DNA of 34,678 nucleotides, from the NCBI GenBank assembly GCA_902796625.1, contig CADBPX010000081.1, positions 1 through 34,678 on the forward strand. The letters run 5' to 3'. The DNA comes from an uncultured Pseudomonadota bacterium (GTDB lineage Bacteria; Pseudomonadota; Alphaproteobacteria; RF32; CAG-239). A program made the translations under genes and the position numbers. Positions 1 through 8,657 of this stretch are shown piece by piece (positions within the stretch are counted from its first letter, which is position 1; every line of letters starts with the position of its first letter). The notes beneath the pieces are model-generated. The model was not told the origin of the DNA, did no database searches, and saw only the letters and a program-made list of their open reading frames with translations.

Positions 1-183
1 CATTTTTTAAATTTTTGTAAATTTTTTGACAAAAAGTGATTCAGCAGCATTTTACTCATAATCTCACGCCTATTTTGTATTTATTTTTAAGGTCTTCCTC
101 GAGGTGCACGGTGCGTCACCTCATCAAAGAATCTTTTCTGTGCGTAGCGCTTATTTTTTATATGCGCATCAAAACTAAAGAAA

Positions 184-260
184 TGGCGTACCCGGCGAGG
201 CTCGAACTCGCAACCTTCGGCGTCGGAGGCCGATACTCTATCCAATTGAGCTACGGGTAC
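184..260 (-). tRNA. tRNA-Arg (anticodon CCG), 77 nt, CCA encoded
   Basis: The reverse complement folds by hand into a cloverleaf. Acceptor GTACCCG/CGGGTAC; D arm GCTC-AATTGGATA-GAGT; anticodon arm TCGGC-CTCCGAC-GCCGA (anticodon CCG); variable AGGTT; T arm GCGAG-TTCGAGC-CTCGC; discriminator G; CCA. Confidence 0.88.
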
Positions 261-481
261 GCAATAAATATGCGTTAACATAGGTGTATTACATGAATTA
301 TTAAGAAATGTCAACAAATCTATTTCTTCTTATTGCCTAAAATTGTACATTCATCACTAATCAATAAAATTTTACTAAAAATCTTACCAATCACTACAAT
401 GTTAATTATTGGCTTTACCTCTTGCATTTCTTAAATAAAAAATCTAAATAAAGCATAACGATTGACTATAGAGAAAATAAA

Positions 482-1609
482 ATGGCAGATACCGAATATT
501 ACGATTTATTGGAAGTCAGTTCAACTGCTTCCGCCGAAGAAATCAAAAAAGCTTTTCGCAAGCAGGCAATGAAATATCACCCGGACCGCAATCCGGGAGA
601 TAAAGTTGCCGAGCAAAAATTCAAACAAATTAACGAAGCATACGAAGTTTTGCGTGATGAACAAAAACGCGCCGCTTATGACCATTACGGCAAAGCCGGT
701 GTTCAAGGAGCAAGCGACGGCAATCCGTTTGGCGGCGGATTTGATTTTGCCGATATTTTTAATGATATTTTTTCAGACTTTATGGGCGGCGGCCAATATA
801 ATAATGCCAATACCGGCACCCAACCGCGCCGCGGTGTAGATTTGCGCTATAATCTGAACATTTCACTGGAAAAAGCCTTTAGCGGTGCCGAAGAAGAAAT
901 CGTTATTCCTACGGTAAAAAATTGCGAAACCTGCCATGGTAACGGCACTAAAAACGGAGAAAAACCGAATCCGTGTCCGACTTGTCAGGGACGCGGTAAA
1001 GTCAGACGGCAACAAGGCGGTTTTTTTGTTTTTGAAACTCAGTGCCCGCAGTGCCACGGCAGCGGCTATGTTATTACTGATCCTTGTCCGGATTGCCACG
1101 GCAACGGCCAGATTAAAACCAATAAAAAACTGAAAGTAAAAATCAAACCGGGTATCGACACCAATATGCGAATCCGTATTCCGGGCGAAGGAACAGCCGG
1201 AATGTTCGGCGGCGCCAACGGTGATTTATACGTCGATATTATTGTTGAACGCCATAAATTATATGAACGCAAAGACGACGATTTGTATACCGCAGTGCCG
1301 ATTTCCGTAAGTTGCGCAATTTTAGGCGGAAAAATCGAAATTCCGGGAATCGACGGAAAGAAAGTAGAAGTCAATGTTCCGGCCGGCACACAGAATGATG
1401 CTCTGCTGAAAGTAAAAGGCAAAGGTATGCCGCTCTATGATACCGAACGCCGCGGTGACTTATATGTTCAGGTTAAAGTTATTATTCCGAAAAACCTGAA
1501 TGATAGGCAAAAAGAGCTGATGGAAGCCTTCCGCGCCGAAGGAGATGAAAACGGCTGCCAACCGGAAATCAAAGGCTTTTTCGATAAAATTAAAGACCTT
1601 TTCAATTAG
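482..1609 (+). CDS. dnaJ: Molecular chaperone DnaJ (type I Hsp40)
   Basis: J domain with HPD (KYHPDRNPGD), a G/F-rich linker, and four CxxCxGxG zinc-finger repeats (CETCHGNG, CPTCQGRG, CPQCHGSG, CPDCHGNG), followed by C-terminal domains. Confidence 0.97.
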   Translation: MADTEYYDLLEVSSTASAEEIKKAFRKQAMKYHPDRNPGDKVAEQKFKQINEAYEVLRDEQKRAAYDHYGKAGVQGASDGNPFGGGFDFADIFNDIFSDFMGGGQYNNANTGTQPRRGVDLRYNLNISLEKAFSGAEEEIVIPTVKNCETCHGNGTKNGEKPNPCPTCQGRGKVRRQQGGFFVFETQCPQCHGSGYVITDPCPDCHGNGQIKTNKKLKVKIKPGIDTNMRIRIPGEGTAGMFGGANGDLYVDIIVERHKLYERKDDDLYTAVPISVSCAILGGKIEIPGIDGKKVEVNVPAGTQNDALLKVKGKGMPLYDTERRGDLYVQVKVIIPKNLNDRQKELMEAFRAEGDENGCQPEIKGFFDKIKDLFN

Positions 1610-2610
1610 ATTTCAAATTGGGATTTTTGCGAAAAGTATTCTTGCAAAAATGCTCTTCCCCGTTCACGGTCAGAAGCGGTAACTTTTTCGCCGTCTTCCA
1701 AACAAAAGAATTTCGGCCGATAACGCCGCAGTTTGCGATAGTAGTCTTTATTTTTCATGCTAATAACCACCGAATCGCGCTTTTTTTCCAAAAGCAGATA
1801 ATGTTTTAGCCATGCTTTGAAATTATGTCTGTATTCATCTATCACTTTGATTTCACCCTGCCCTAAGCACAAACCCATATAACAGACCAAAACTCGTGAC
1901 CAATCGCCAAATTGGCGAAAACGATGAGACAAAGTATGATTGATAATCGGCTTAAATATTTTATTGTGTTCCAAAAAATCCGACTTGCGATAAGCATCTG
2001 CATTATGATGCGGAAATAATAGCGGTATATTTTTTTTGTAGTACAATTGTGCTAAATGATGCATATCTAATAAACACGTTTCATATTGTGTCGGTGCCTT
2101 GCCATTTAAACGATTTTCTATTGCCTTATCATCAGGCGGCCAACAAATTTTTGGTGTTGTTAAACGCCAAATCGGTTTACCTTCACCGGTAAAAAAATCT
2201 TTTTCACAAAGAGGCGCATTAAAAAACATATCATCATTCATATAGATAAAATACTCTTTAAGGTTTTTAATATTTGGTATTCCGGTTTCAATTGCCGCTG
2301 AATTAAAAAGCGGCAAATACCTTTTATCAATTATTTCCTCATGATTAACCATGGTGATTTTTTCATGTGCAATATTAAGCCATTCCGGAGTTTGCTGATC
2401 ACTTATAATGTAAATATGATTAATCCACGGCGCATATTTTTCCACAGAACGCAAGGAATATTTCAATTCGTCATTTTGCACAAATCGGCCGGCACAACAA
2501 GCTTGAATATCCAGATTGTCTTCCCTATACTGTAATCTTTTTTGATGCCAATTTATGTCACCGTCATCACACCACAAATAAACTAAATCAACTTCCATCA
2601 ACCTCTCCAT
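1606..2610 (-). CDS. Stealth-family protein (putative capsule/exopolysaccharide hexose-1-phosphate transferase)
   Basis: Stealth conserved regions are readable. CR1-like DLVYLWCDDGDINW; CR2-like ELKYSLRSVEKYAPWINHIYIISDQQTPEWL; C-terminal FFCLEDG resembles CR4. An alternative start at 2598 (MEVD...) gives a TGATG one-base overlap with the upstream GT32 stop, which suggests translational coupling. Confidence 0.75.
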   Translation of the reverse strand: MERLMEVDLVYLWCDDGDINWHQKRLQYREDNLDIQACCAGRFVQNDELKYSLRSVEKYAPWINHIYIISDQQTPEWLNIAHEKITMVNHEEIIDKRYLPLFNSAAIETGIPNIKNLKEYFIYMNDDMFFNAPLCEKDFFTGEGKPIWRLTTPKICWPPDDKAIENRLNGKAPTQYETCLLDMHHLAQLYYKKNIPLLFPHHNADAYRKSDFLEHNKIFKPIINHTLSHRFRQFGDWSRVLVCYMGLCLGQGEIKVIDEYRHNFKAWLKHYLLLEKKRDSVVISMKNKDYYRKLRRYRPKFFCLEDGEKVTASDRERGRAFLQEYFSQKSQFEI

Positions 2611-3482
2611 TTACATAAAGGAATAAAATTAAACAGCATCGCTTTAGTTTTTGTACGATATTTTTTAATTTTTATAAGCGATAAGGAGAAAACTTTAATT
2701 AGGTTTTGTGAAGGATAATACGAGATAAAAGGTAAAAATCCGAACAGATAAAATTTAACTTCCGATGCTATAAATTTTCCGGCAGATTTTTTTTCTCCTT
2801 TTAATCGGTCACGCTTCAACCAATTTATAATTTCCGGCCGACTCCAAGATGATTTCCACCAATGAATTGCTACCGTTTTATCTGTAATACAGCTTGGCTC
2901 GAACGCATCGTCACAATTGAACGGATAAAAATACTTCGGCGGATAAACAGCGATATCTCCATTAGTGATAATTCCGCCATTTTCTTTGGCTGTAAATCCG
3001 TATTTTTGCAAAACATACGTGGCAATACGCGGACCGGTATAAAATGATGAGTGCCATATTTCTTTTTGATAAAACTGCAACATTTCCGCAATAACCGGAT
3101 GATGTGCCTTTGCACCAATGAGCGCCGTTTCAATATGTTGATAACTTTCCATACTACGCCCCAAAAAAAGACCATAACCCAAAAACTCATCGAAATTTTT
3201 ATAAAGAGAAACATCTGTATCTAGCCATATTCCGCCGAACTTTTCCAGCACGAAGCATCTGACATAATCGGCGACATAAGCCCACATCTTATTTCTATAA
3301 ACGAAATCAAAAAAAGAATTTCTTTTGCATTCTTGCATAAAATCAAAATATTTTGATTTATTTTCGTTAATTTCAATCAATTCATATTCCTTAAGGCAAT
3401 TTTGCCAACTCAAAAAACAGAGATTAACATCAATCGGTTTAGCGGATCCCAACCACATATAAAAAACCCTCTTAGGTATCAT
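2598..3482 (-). CDS. Glycosyltransferase, GT32/Caps_synth-like (DXD sugar-binding region)
   Basis: IPKRVFYMWLG near the N-terminus, and YVADYVRCFVLEKFGGIWLDTDV, matching the sD.lR...L...GG.Y.D.D motif of Och1/GT32-type transferases. The start was chosen at MIPK (3482), after a purine-rich stretch; the ORF is open to 3542 and 3497 is also possible. Confidence 0.7.
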   Translation of the reverse strand: MIPKRVFYMWLGSAKPIDVNLCFLSWQNCLKEYELIEINENKSKYFDFMQECKRNSFFDFVYRNKMWAYVADYVRCFVLEKFGGIWLDTDVSLYKNFDEFLGYGLFLGRSMESYQHIETALIGAKAHHPVIAEMLQFYQKEIWHSSFYTGPRIATYVLQKYGFTAKENGGIITNGDIAVYPPKYFYPFNCDDAFEPSCITDKTVAIHWWKSSWSRPEIINWLKRDRLKGEKKSAGKFIASEVKFYLFGFLPFISYYPSQNLIKVFSLSLIKIKKYRTKTKAMLFNFIPLCKWRG

Positions 3483-3547
3483 TGTATCTTTTCCCATAAA
3501 AAAATAACCACCATAAAGGCGGCCTGGGAGTTGACAAATCATATGCT

Positions 3548-3576
3548 ATTAAATGACCCTTTTAGTTTTTAGGCAA
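3548..3576 (-). promoter_or_regulatory. Sigma70-like promoter for the GT32-Stealth operon (TTGCCT-17 nt-TTTAAT on the minus strand)
   Basis: Hexamers and the 17-nt spacer were read on the reverse complement. It lies just downstream of the minus-strand terminator hairpin and upstream of the GT32 start candidates. Confidence 0.35.
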
Positions 3577-3594
3577 ATTGCCCAGGACATCACT

Positions 3595-3627
3595 AAAAGC
3601 TCCCAGACCATTGAGTATGGTCTGGGA
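3595..3627 (-). terminator. Hairpin plus T-tract (minus strand), a possible terminator about 170 nt downstream of rppH
   Basis: Perfect 10-bp stem (3601-3610 / 3618-3627) with a 7-nt loop. On the minus strand it is followed by GC then TTTT (3598-3595). Confidence 0.4.
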
Positions 3628-3793
3628 TATATTAACGCTTGTATGATAATACAAGCGACATAACGATGTTATATCCTAACACCGAACAGCATTAGAGCTT
3701 GTCAAGGCTCCGTGCCGCCATCGACACTAACAAAGTAATATAACTTTGCTGATTATAAATTGCAATTTAAAACCTTCTTTGTCAAGAAAAAAG

Positions 3794-4276
3794 CTATTTA
3801 TTGATTTCAAACGTGTCTATCAACGGGGCAAATTGCGCGCTCATCTGACGATACACATTTTTTTTAAATTCAACAATCAGCTCACATGCCTCGGCTAAGC
3901 TTCCCCAACGATACGCACAAAATTCCGGCTCGGCAGTGTGTAAATTAATTTCGGAATCATCGCCGGTAAAATAAAATAAAGTCCAATACATTTCCTGTCC
4001 GACATTATTATAGCCGCGCTGACGCATCGCGGCTATAACATCCGGCGGAAAACGATAACGAATCGGCTGTTCCAAAGTTTTTACCGGCACAACACTTGTC
4101 AGCGATGTTTCCTCCGCCAGCTCGCGATAAGCCGCGGCTAGCGGGGTTTCACCGGCATCAATACCGCCCTGCGGAAATTGCCACGAATCGGCAACATCGT
4201 TTCGTTGACACAACAACACTTGTCGATTTTTATTAAAAACTACAATACCGGCATTAGCGCGAAAATATTCGGCCAT
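3794..4276 (-). CDS. rppH: RNA pyrophosphohydrolase RppH (Nudix hydrolase)
   Basis: Nudix box GGIDAGETPLAAAYRELAEETSL (Gx5Ex7REUxEExGU). Size and position after ctpA are as in alphaproteobacteria. The start overlaps the ctpA stop by one base (TAATG). Confidence 0.9.
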   Translation of the reverse strand: MAEYFRANAGIVVFNKNRQVLLCQRNDVADSWQFPQGGIDAGETPLAAAYRELAEETSLTSVVPVKTLEQPIRYRFPPDVIAAMRQRGYNNVGQEMYWTLFYFTGDDSEINLHTAEPEFCAYRWGSLAEACELIVEFKKNVYRQMSAQFAPLIDTFEINK

Positions 4277-5610
4277 TATTTTGCTTTTTGCTCCTTCTTT
4301 TGATTATCATTGGCGGCAACAGCATCATTTTGACCGTACAAATAGAGAGCTTTCACCAAATCTAAAGCGCGAACCAATTGATAATCTTGCGCATCTTTCT
4401 GCGCCTGATCTGTGCCATCTTTTTGTACTTTTTTATTATCATTGGCCTGCTCATTCTTCAATGCACCCTTCAAATCAGCTTCACTGATATTTAAATCATA
4501 AGATTTTATTTCTTCAACTTTTGCCTGTTTAACCGCCACATCAGGCTCAATACCCTTAGCTTGGATCGAACGTCCCGAAGGTGTATAGTAGCGCGCTGTT
4601 GTAATCCGCATTGCCGCATTATTGCGAAGCGGAATTAACGTTTGCACCGAACCTTTACCGAAAGATTTTTGTCCCAGAATCACGGCACGGTGATGATCCT
4701 GCAATGCACCGGAGACAATTTCCGAAGCCGAAGCCGAGCCCTCGTTAATCATTACGACAATCGGTAAGCCATTGGCAATATCTCCCGGCGTTGCCGAATA
4801 TTTAATCGTATCTTCTTCATTACGCGAACGGGTTGAAACAATCTCACCCTGCTCCAAGAACAAGTCGGAAACTTTAACCGCCTGATCCAGCAATCCGCCC
4901 GGATTGTTGCGCATATCAATCACAATACCGGATAGTTTGTTTTTCAACTTTTTCTGCGTTTCTTTGACCGCCTTCTCAATATCTTGATCTATATCGGCAT
5001 TAAAGGCCGAAATACGAACATATAAAATATCGTCATTTTTAACTTCGTACTTTACGGATTTAACCTTAATTTCATCACGCTTAAGCGTAACATCAAAAGG
5101 TTTTTTATTAACACGGCGTACCGTAATTTTAACTCTGGTACCGACTTTACCGCGCAACTTGGAAACAACTTCGTTTAAGCTCAGCCCGATAACCGACTTA
5201 CCGTCAATATCGGTAATATAATCACCGGCCTTCAAACCGGCACGCGCCGCCGGCGTATCATCAATCGGCGAAATAATTTTAACTATGCCGTTTTCCATGG
5301 TAATCTCAATTCCCAAACCGCCGAATTTGCCTTTGGTTTGCTCTTCCATATATTTAAAATCTTCCTCATTCAAATAGCTGGAATGCGGATCAAGCGAAGT
5401 AAGCATACCGTTAATTGCCGCTTCAATTAACTTTTTATCGGTTGTTTCCTCAACATATGATGCTTTGGTGCGCTCCATAACCTCGCCGAAAATATTTAAA
5501 AGCTCATAAGTATTGATCTCATCGGCCGCTTTTTTATCGGCTTTTGCCTGCACACAACCGGTAAATAATATTCCGGCAACAGCATAAATGAATAACTTTT
5601 TTTTCAACAT
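4276..5610 (-). CDS. ctpA: Carboxy-terminal processing (tail-specific) protease, S41 family with PDZ domain
   Basis: PDZ segment (GGLGIEI...PIDDTPAARAGLKAGDYITDIDG) and S41 core (DMRNNPGGLL, GSASASEI, SFGKGSVQ). The start was chosen at MLKKKLF (5610) behind AAGGA. The N-terminus ends in a lipobox-like LFTGC, so it may be a lipoprotein. The ORF is open to 5640. Confidence 0.92.
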   Translation of the reverse strand: MLKKKLFIYAVAGILFTGCVQAKADKKAADEINTYELLNIFGEVMERTKASYVEETTDKKLIEAAINGMLTSLDPHSSYLNEEDFKYMEEQTKGKFGGLGIEITMENGIVKIISPIDDTPAARAGLKAGDYITDIDGKSVIGLSLNEVVSKLRGKVGTRVKITVRRVNKKPFDVTLKRDEIKVKSVKYEVKNDDILYVRISAFNADIDQDIEKAVKETQKKLKNKLSGIVIDMRNNPGGLLDQAVKVSDLFLEQGEIVSTRSRNEEDTIKYSATPGDIANGLPIVVMINEGSASASEIVSGALQDHHRAVILGQKSFGKGSVQTLIPLRNNAAMRITTARYYTPSGRSIQAKGIEPDVAVKQAKVEEIKSYDLNISEADLKGALKNEQANDNKKVQKDGTDQAQKDAQDYQLVRALDLVKALYLYGQNDAVAANDNQKKEQKAK

Positions 5611-5624
5611 CTTTTTGTTCCTTT

Positions 5625-6953
5625 TCAGTTTGCAAGCCACTCGCTTGGATTAATTGGATGATTATTTTTTCTGATTTCCATGTGTAATTTAACATTATCG
5701 CCCTTTGGCATTGCGCCGACCGGCTCGCCGGCCAAAATCATCTGCCCGACTTCAGTGTATGAAGACCCCATACCGCTCAGCAGTGAAGTATATCCTTCAC
5801 CGTGATCGATAATAACCAGATTAGCAAAATTTTTAAACGGTCCGGAAAAGATTATTGTACCGTCAAACGGAGCCACCACTTGTGCTTTGCTTACGGTTTT
5901 AATGTCAATACCGTTAGAGTTTACACCTTTGGATAACTCCTGATGAAAAGCGGTAACAATCGGACCGCGAGCCGGACGAGATAATCGACCTTTAGCCTTG
6001 CTAAAGTTGGTAATAACTTTCTGCGGCGCCGGCGCACTTTTATCTTTGGCATAATCCGTTCCGGCTAAAGAATGGTTATTTTGCTGACGCAAACGTTCAG
6101 CCTCACGCTCGCGGGCTAAACGTTCCTTCTCGGCTCGCTGGCGTTCCTGTTCTTTCTGACGCTCCAACTTTTCCAACAGATCGCGCAAATCTTTAGCCTG
6201 CGCAGCCAATTGCTGGGCTTTTTGCTTGGCCTCTTTGCTTTGCACCGACAACTGATTATACATTTCATTTTTCTGTTTTGACAGTGCTTGCATTTCATCT
6301 TGTTGCTTGGCTAAACGAGCATTTTCATCAGCCAAATCATCAATTTTTTTCGCAATTTTTTCTTTTTGACTATTGATGTCTTCAATACTCTGCCGAATAG
6401 TTTCCGCCTGATCTTTTAAGGCATGCACACTGCTGCGCAACAAAATACTGCTGCGCATAACATCAACCGGTGTCAGCGGCTGAATCAGTACCGCCTCCGA
6501 AGGGCGTAAAGCAAGCATTTGCAAGGCGGAAAGCGTTTCAACAAGCATTCCGTGATCGGTACTGAAACGATTTTCGGAAGCGGCCAAATCTTTTTGCAAA
6601 TCTGTCAGTTCCTGCTGTGTTTTTGCCACTTCATCTTCGCCTTGGCGAATCTTTTTTGCGGCCGCAATCATTTTTTGATTAACTTCGGCAATTTCCTTTT
6701 TAACCTTATTAGCCTGCTGTTCATATTCCGCCCCTTGCTGGGAAATTTTCTTCGCCTCGGCCTCAACTTGAGCCAAATCGGAAGCGGAAACGGCATTACC
6801 CGAGGTGTTCAGAGTATGGGAAACAGCCTTTGAAACATCTTTTTTAGCCGGTATCGGAGCCTTACCCGCGGCCCAAAGATTTACCGGCAGTAAACACAAA
6901 ATCACCAACGCTGAAAAGTTCAAAAATTTCACAACATATTCCTTATTTTTCAA
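5625..6953 (-). CDS. EnvC-like murein hydrolase activator (coiled coil plus degenerate LytM/M23 domain)
   Basis: Signal peptide, then a long Q/E/K-rich coiled coil. The C-terminal LytM fold has the HxxxD histidine replaced (SNGID) and the usual Y.H replaced (TSLLSG), as in non-catalytic EnvC-type activators. It sits between gpmI and ctpA. Confidence 0.8.
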   Translation of the reverse strand: MKNKEYVVKFLNFSALVILCLLPVNLWAAGKAPIPAKKDVSKAVSHTLNTSGNAVSASDLAQVEAEAKKISQQGAEYEQQANKVKKEIAEVNQKMIAAAKKIRQGEDEVAKTQQELTDLQKDLAASENRFSTDHGMLVETLSALQMLALRPSEAVLIQPLTPVDVMRSSILLRSSVHALKDQAETIRQSIEDINSQKEKIAKKIDDLADENARLAKQQDEMQALSKQKNEMYNQLSVQSKEAKQKAQQLAAQAKDLRDLLEKLERQKEQERQRAEKERLAREREAERLRQQNNHSLAGTDYAKDKSAPAPQKVITNFSKAKGRLSRPARGPIVTAFHQELSKGVNSNGIDIKTVSKAQVVAPFDGTIIFSGPFKNFANLVIIDHGEGYTSLLSGMGSSYTEVGQMILAGEPVGAMPKGDNVKLHMEIRKNNHPINPSEWLAN

Positions 6954-8472
6954 GCAAAGAGTGGCCGGTCATTTCCACCGGTTGTTCAATATGTAACAAA
7001 TCCAGCAAAGTTGGGGAAATATCTGCCAAACGGCCGTCTTTCAGTCCCTTTACTTCCTTCGGCCCGTTAAACAGAACGGCTCGTACTTTACCGACAGTAT
7101 GTGCGGTATAAGGCTGACCGGTCTTTTCATCGATCATTTTTTCAACATTTCCGTGATCGGCCGTAACTAACAGCACACCGTCAACAGACTTGATGGCCTT
7201 CATAACGCGTCCCAAACATTCATCAACGGCCGCCACGGCTTTCAGCGCCGCGGCCATAATTCCGGTATGACCGACCATATCGCCATTGGCGTAATTGCAG
7301 ATGATTGTATCATATTTTTTCTCTTCGATTGCTTTGACCAACGCATCGGTCACCTCATAAATACTCATTTCCGGTTTCAAATCGTATGTAGCGACTTTCG
7401 GACTGTTGATCAAAATGCGGTCTTCTCCTTTGAACAAACGTTCTTCACCACCGTTAAAGAAAAACGTTACATGGGCATACTTTTCGGTTTCGGCAATCCG
7501 CAACTGGGTTAAGCCATGCTGTGAAACAATTTCGCCATAAATATTTTTTAAAGCCTCAGGTGCAAAAATTGTCTTCATAAAACGATTATGGTCGGTAGAA
7601 TATTCGGCCATTCCGACGTGTATGGAAAAACGCACAACTTTTTGCCGTGCAAATCCTTCAAATTTTTGATCGGCCAATGCATACAAAATTTCACGAGCAC
7701 GATCGGCACGGAAATTTGCCATCAATATTGCATCGCCGTCTTCGCACCCTTGATAATTGCCCAAAACGCACGGAACCACAAATTCATCATTAACTCCTTC
7801 GTGATACGAATTTTCGATTGCCTCTTTATATGTAGCATAACGTTTTCCGGTGGCCGAAACAATATTGTTATATGCCTGCTCAACGCGATCCCAGCGTTTA
7901 TCACGATCCATAGCGTAAAAACGACCGGATAAGGTTGCCAAACAAACATGCGGCATATCTTTAATTGCGGTGGTAAATTCTTCTAAAAATCCTTTTGCTG
8001 AGGTCGGCGGAGTATCCCGACCGTCAAGAAAAGCATGAACTTTCACATCAATACCATTATCATTTAAAATTTGGCATAAAGCCACCATATGGGCCTGATG
8101 CGAATGCACACCGCCAGGTGACATTAACCCCATTAAATGGCATGCTTTGTTATTTTGTTTTAATGTTGCGATTAACTCTTGCACAACCGGATTTTTTTCC
8201 AACGTATGATCAGCAATAGCCTGATCTATTTTTGGTAAATCTTGCATTACAACGCGACCGGCGCCCAAATTCATATGTCCGACCTCGGAATTACCCATCT
8301 GTCCGGCCGGCAAACCGACATCAAGGCCGGATGTTTCCACCAATGCCGTCGGACAATTATCAACCAAATAATGCCAATTCGGCGTATAACCTTTTTCAAT
8401 AGCGTTATCATCAGTTATTTTTTCACGATATCCCCAACCGTCCAGAATCAGCAACATTACCGGTTTTTGCAT
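6943..8472 (-). CDS. gpmI: 2,3-bisphosphoglycerate-independent phosphoglycerate mutase
   Basis: Full-length iPGM motifs: LLILDGWG, GNSEVGHMNLGAGR, ADHGN, GHS near the C-terminus. Length 509 aa. Confidence 0.96.
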   Translation of the reverse strand: MQKPVMLLILDGWGYREKITDDNAIEKGYTPNWHYLVDNCPTALVETSGLDVGLPAGQMGNSEVGHMNLGAGRVVMQDLPKIDQAIADHTLEKNPVVQELIATLKQNNKACHLMGLMSPGGVHSHQAHMVALCQILNDNGIDVKVHAFLDGRDTPPTSAKGFLEEFTTAIKDMPHVCLATLSGRFYAMDRDKRWDRVEQAYNNIVSATGKRYATYKEAIENSYHEGVNDEFVVPCVLGNYQGCEDGDAILMANFRADRAREILYALADQKFEGFARQKVVRFSIHVGMAEYSTDHNRFMKTIFAPEALKNIYGEIVSQHGLTQLRIAETEKYAHVTFFFNGGEERLFKGEDRILINSPKVATYDLKPEMSIYEVTDALVKAIEEKKYDTIICNYANGDMVGHTGIMAAALKAVAAVDECLGRVMKAIKSVDGVLLVTADHGNVEKMIDEKTGQPYTAHTVGKVRAVLFNGPKEVKGLKDGRLADISPTLLDLLHIEQPVEMTGHSLLEK

Positions 8473-8605
8473 AATTTATCCTTTCTGTTTTTTGTATAAA
8501 TTGATTCAAACTTTCGATATTATATATAATAAAACAATTTTCAAAAACACTATTTATAATTTTATAAACAGGCTTATTTTTACAAGGGAAATTATGTTAT
8601 TTTTA

Positions 8606-8634
8606 TTGACATGTAAAGCAATAATTTTTAAATT
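8606..8634 (+). promoter_or_regulatory. Sigma70-like promoter upstream of the outer-membrane protein gene (TTGACA-17 nt-TAAATT)
   Basis: Consensus -35 at 8606-8611 and -10 at 8629-8634. A GGGAGGA ribosome-binding site follows before the ATG at 8658. Confidence 0.4.
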
Positions 8635-8657
8635 TACATTAAGTATCGGGAGGAATT

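Noticed and set aside
1-35. CAT at positions 1-3, which could be the start codon of a minus-strand gene extending off the left edge.
   Set aside because: Only the start codon would be inside the window, and no SD-like sequence is visible in the adjacent bases. It cannot be supported.
36-317. ORFs at 36-278 (+) and 87-317 (-) at the left edge.
   Set aside because: Both run straight through the tRNA-Arg gene (184-260). They have no recognisable motifs or ribosome-binding site and are best explained as chance ORFs in AT-rich DNA.
318-481. A possible RpoH-type heat-shock promoter upstream of dnaJ (CTTG ... CTAAATA around 418-450).
   Set aside because: By my count the spacing is about 19 nt rather than the 17-18 expected for the alphaproteobacterial CTTG-N17-18-CYTATNT consensus, and the -10 match is weak. 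I cannot distinguish it from background in this AT-rich DNA.
3483-3542. Longer N-terminal extensions offered by the ORF track. Examples: 3542 for GT32, 5640 for ctpA, 15845 for apbC, 19082 for holC, 19627 for kdsD, 21812 for lptB, 23862 for the GH24 gene.
   Set aside because: In each case an internal ATG is preceded by a better Shine-Dalgarno-like sequence. That ATG either coincides with the start of the conserved domain or signal peptide, or removes an overlap with the upstream gene. The extensions remain possible alternatives.
3543-3793. The large rppH-GT32 gap, considered as a known RNA gene (SRP/4.5S RNA, tmRNA, 6S RNA, RNase P RNA).
   Set aside because: I looked on both strands for hallmark motifs and found none. 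Those checked were the SRP GGAAGCAGCC-type domain IV, a tmRNA GGTTCGA...CCA end or tag reading frame, and RNase P GAGGAAAGTCC. The gap is kept only as an unclassified structured region.
8628-8642. A perfect CtrA-box pattern, TTAA-N7-TTAA (TTAAATTTACATTAA), overlapping the -10 of the putative porin promoter.
   Set aside because: TTAA-N7-TTAA is expected by chance at an appreciable rate in AT-rich intergenic DNA. It is a single occurrence with no flanking conservation visible. It is only worth revisiting if the genome encodes CtrA and the site is conserved in relatives.
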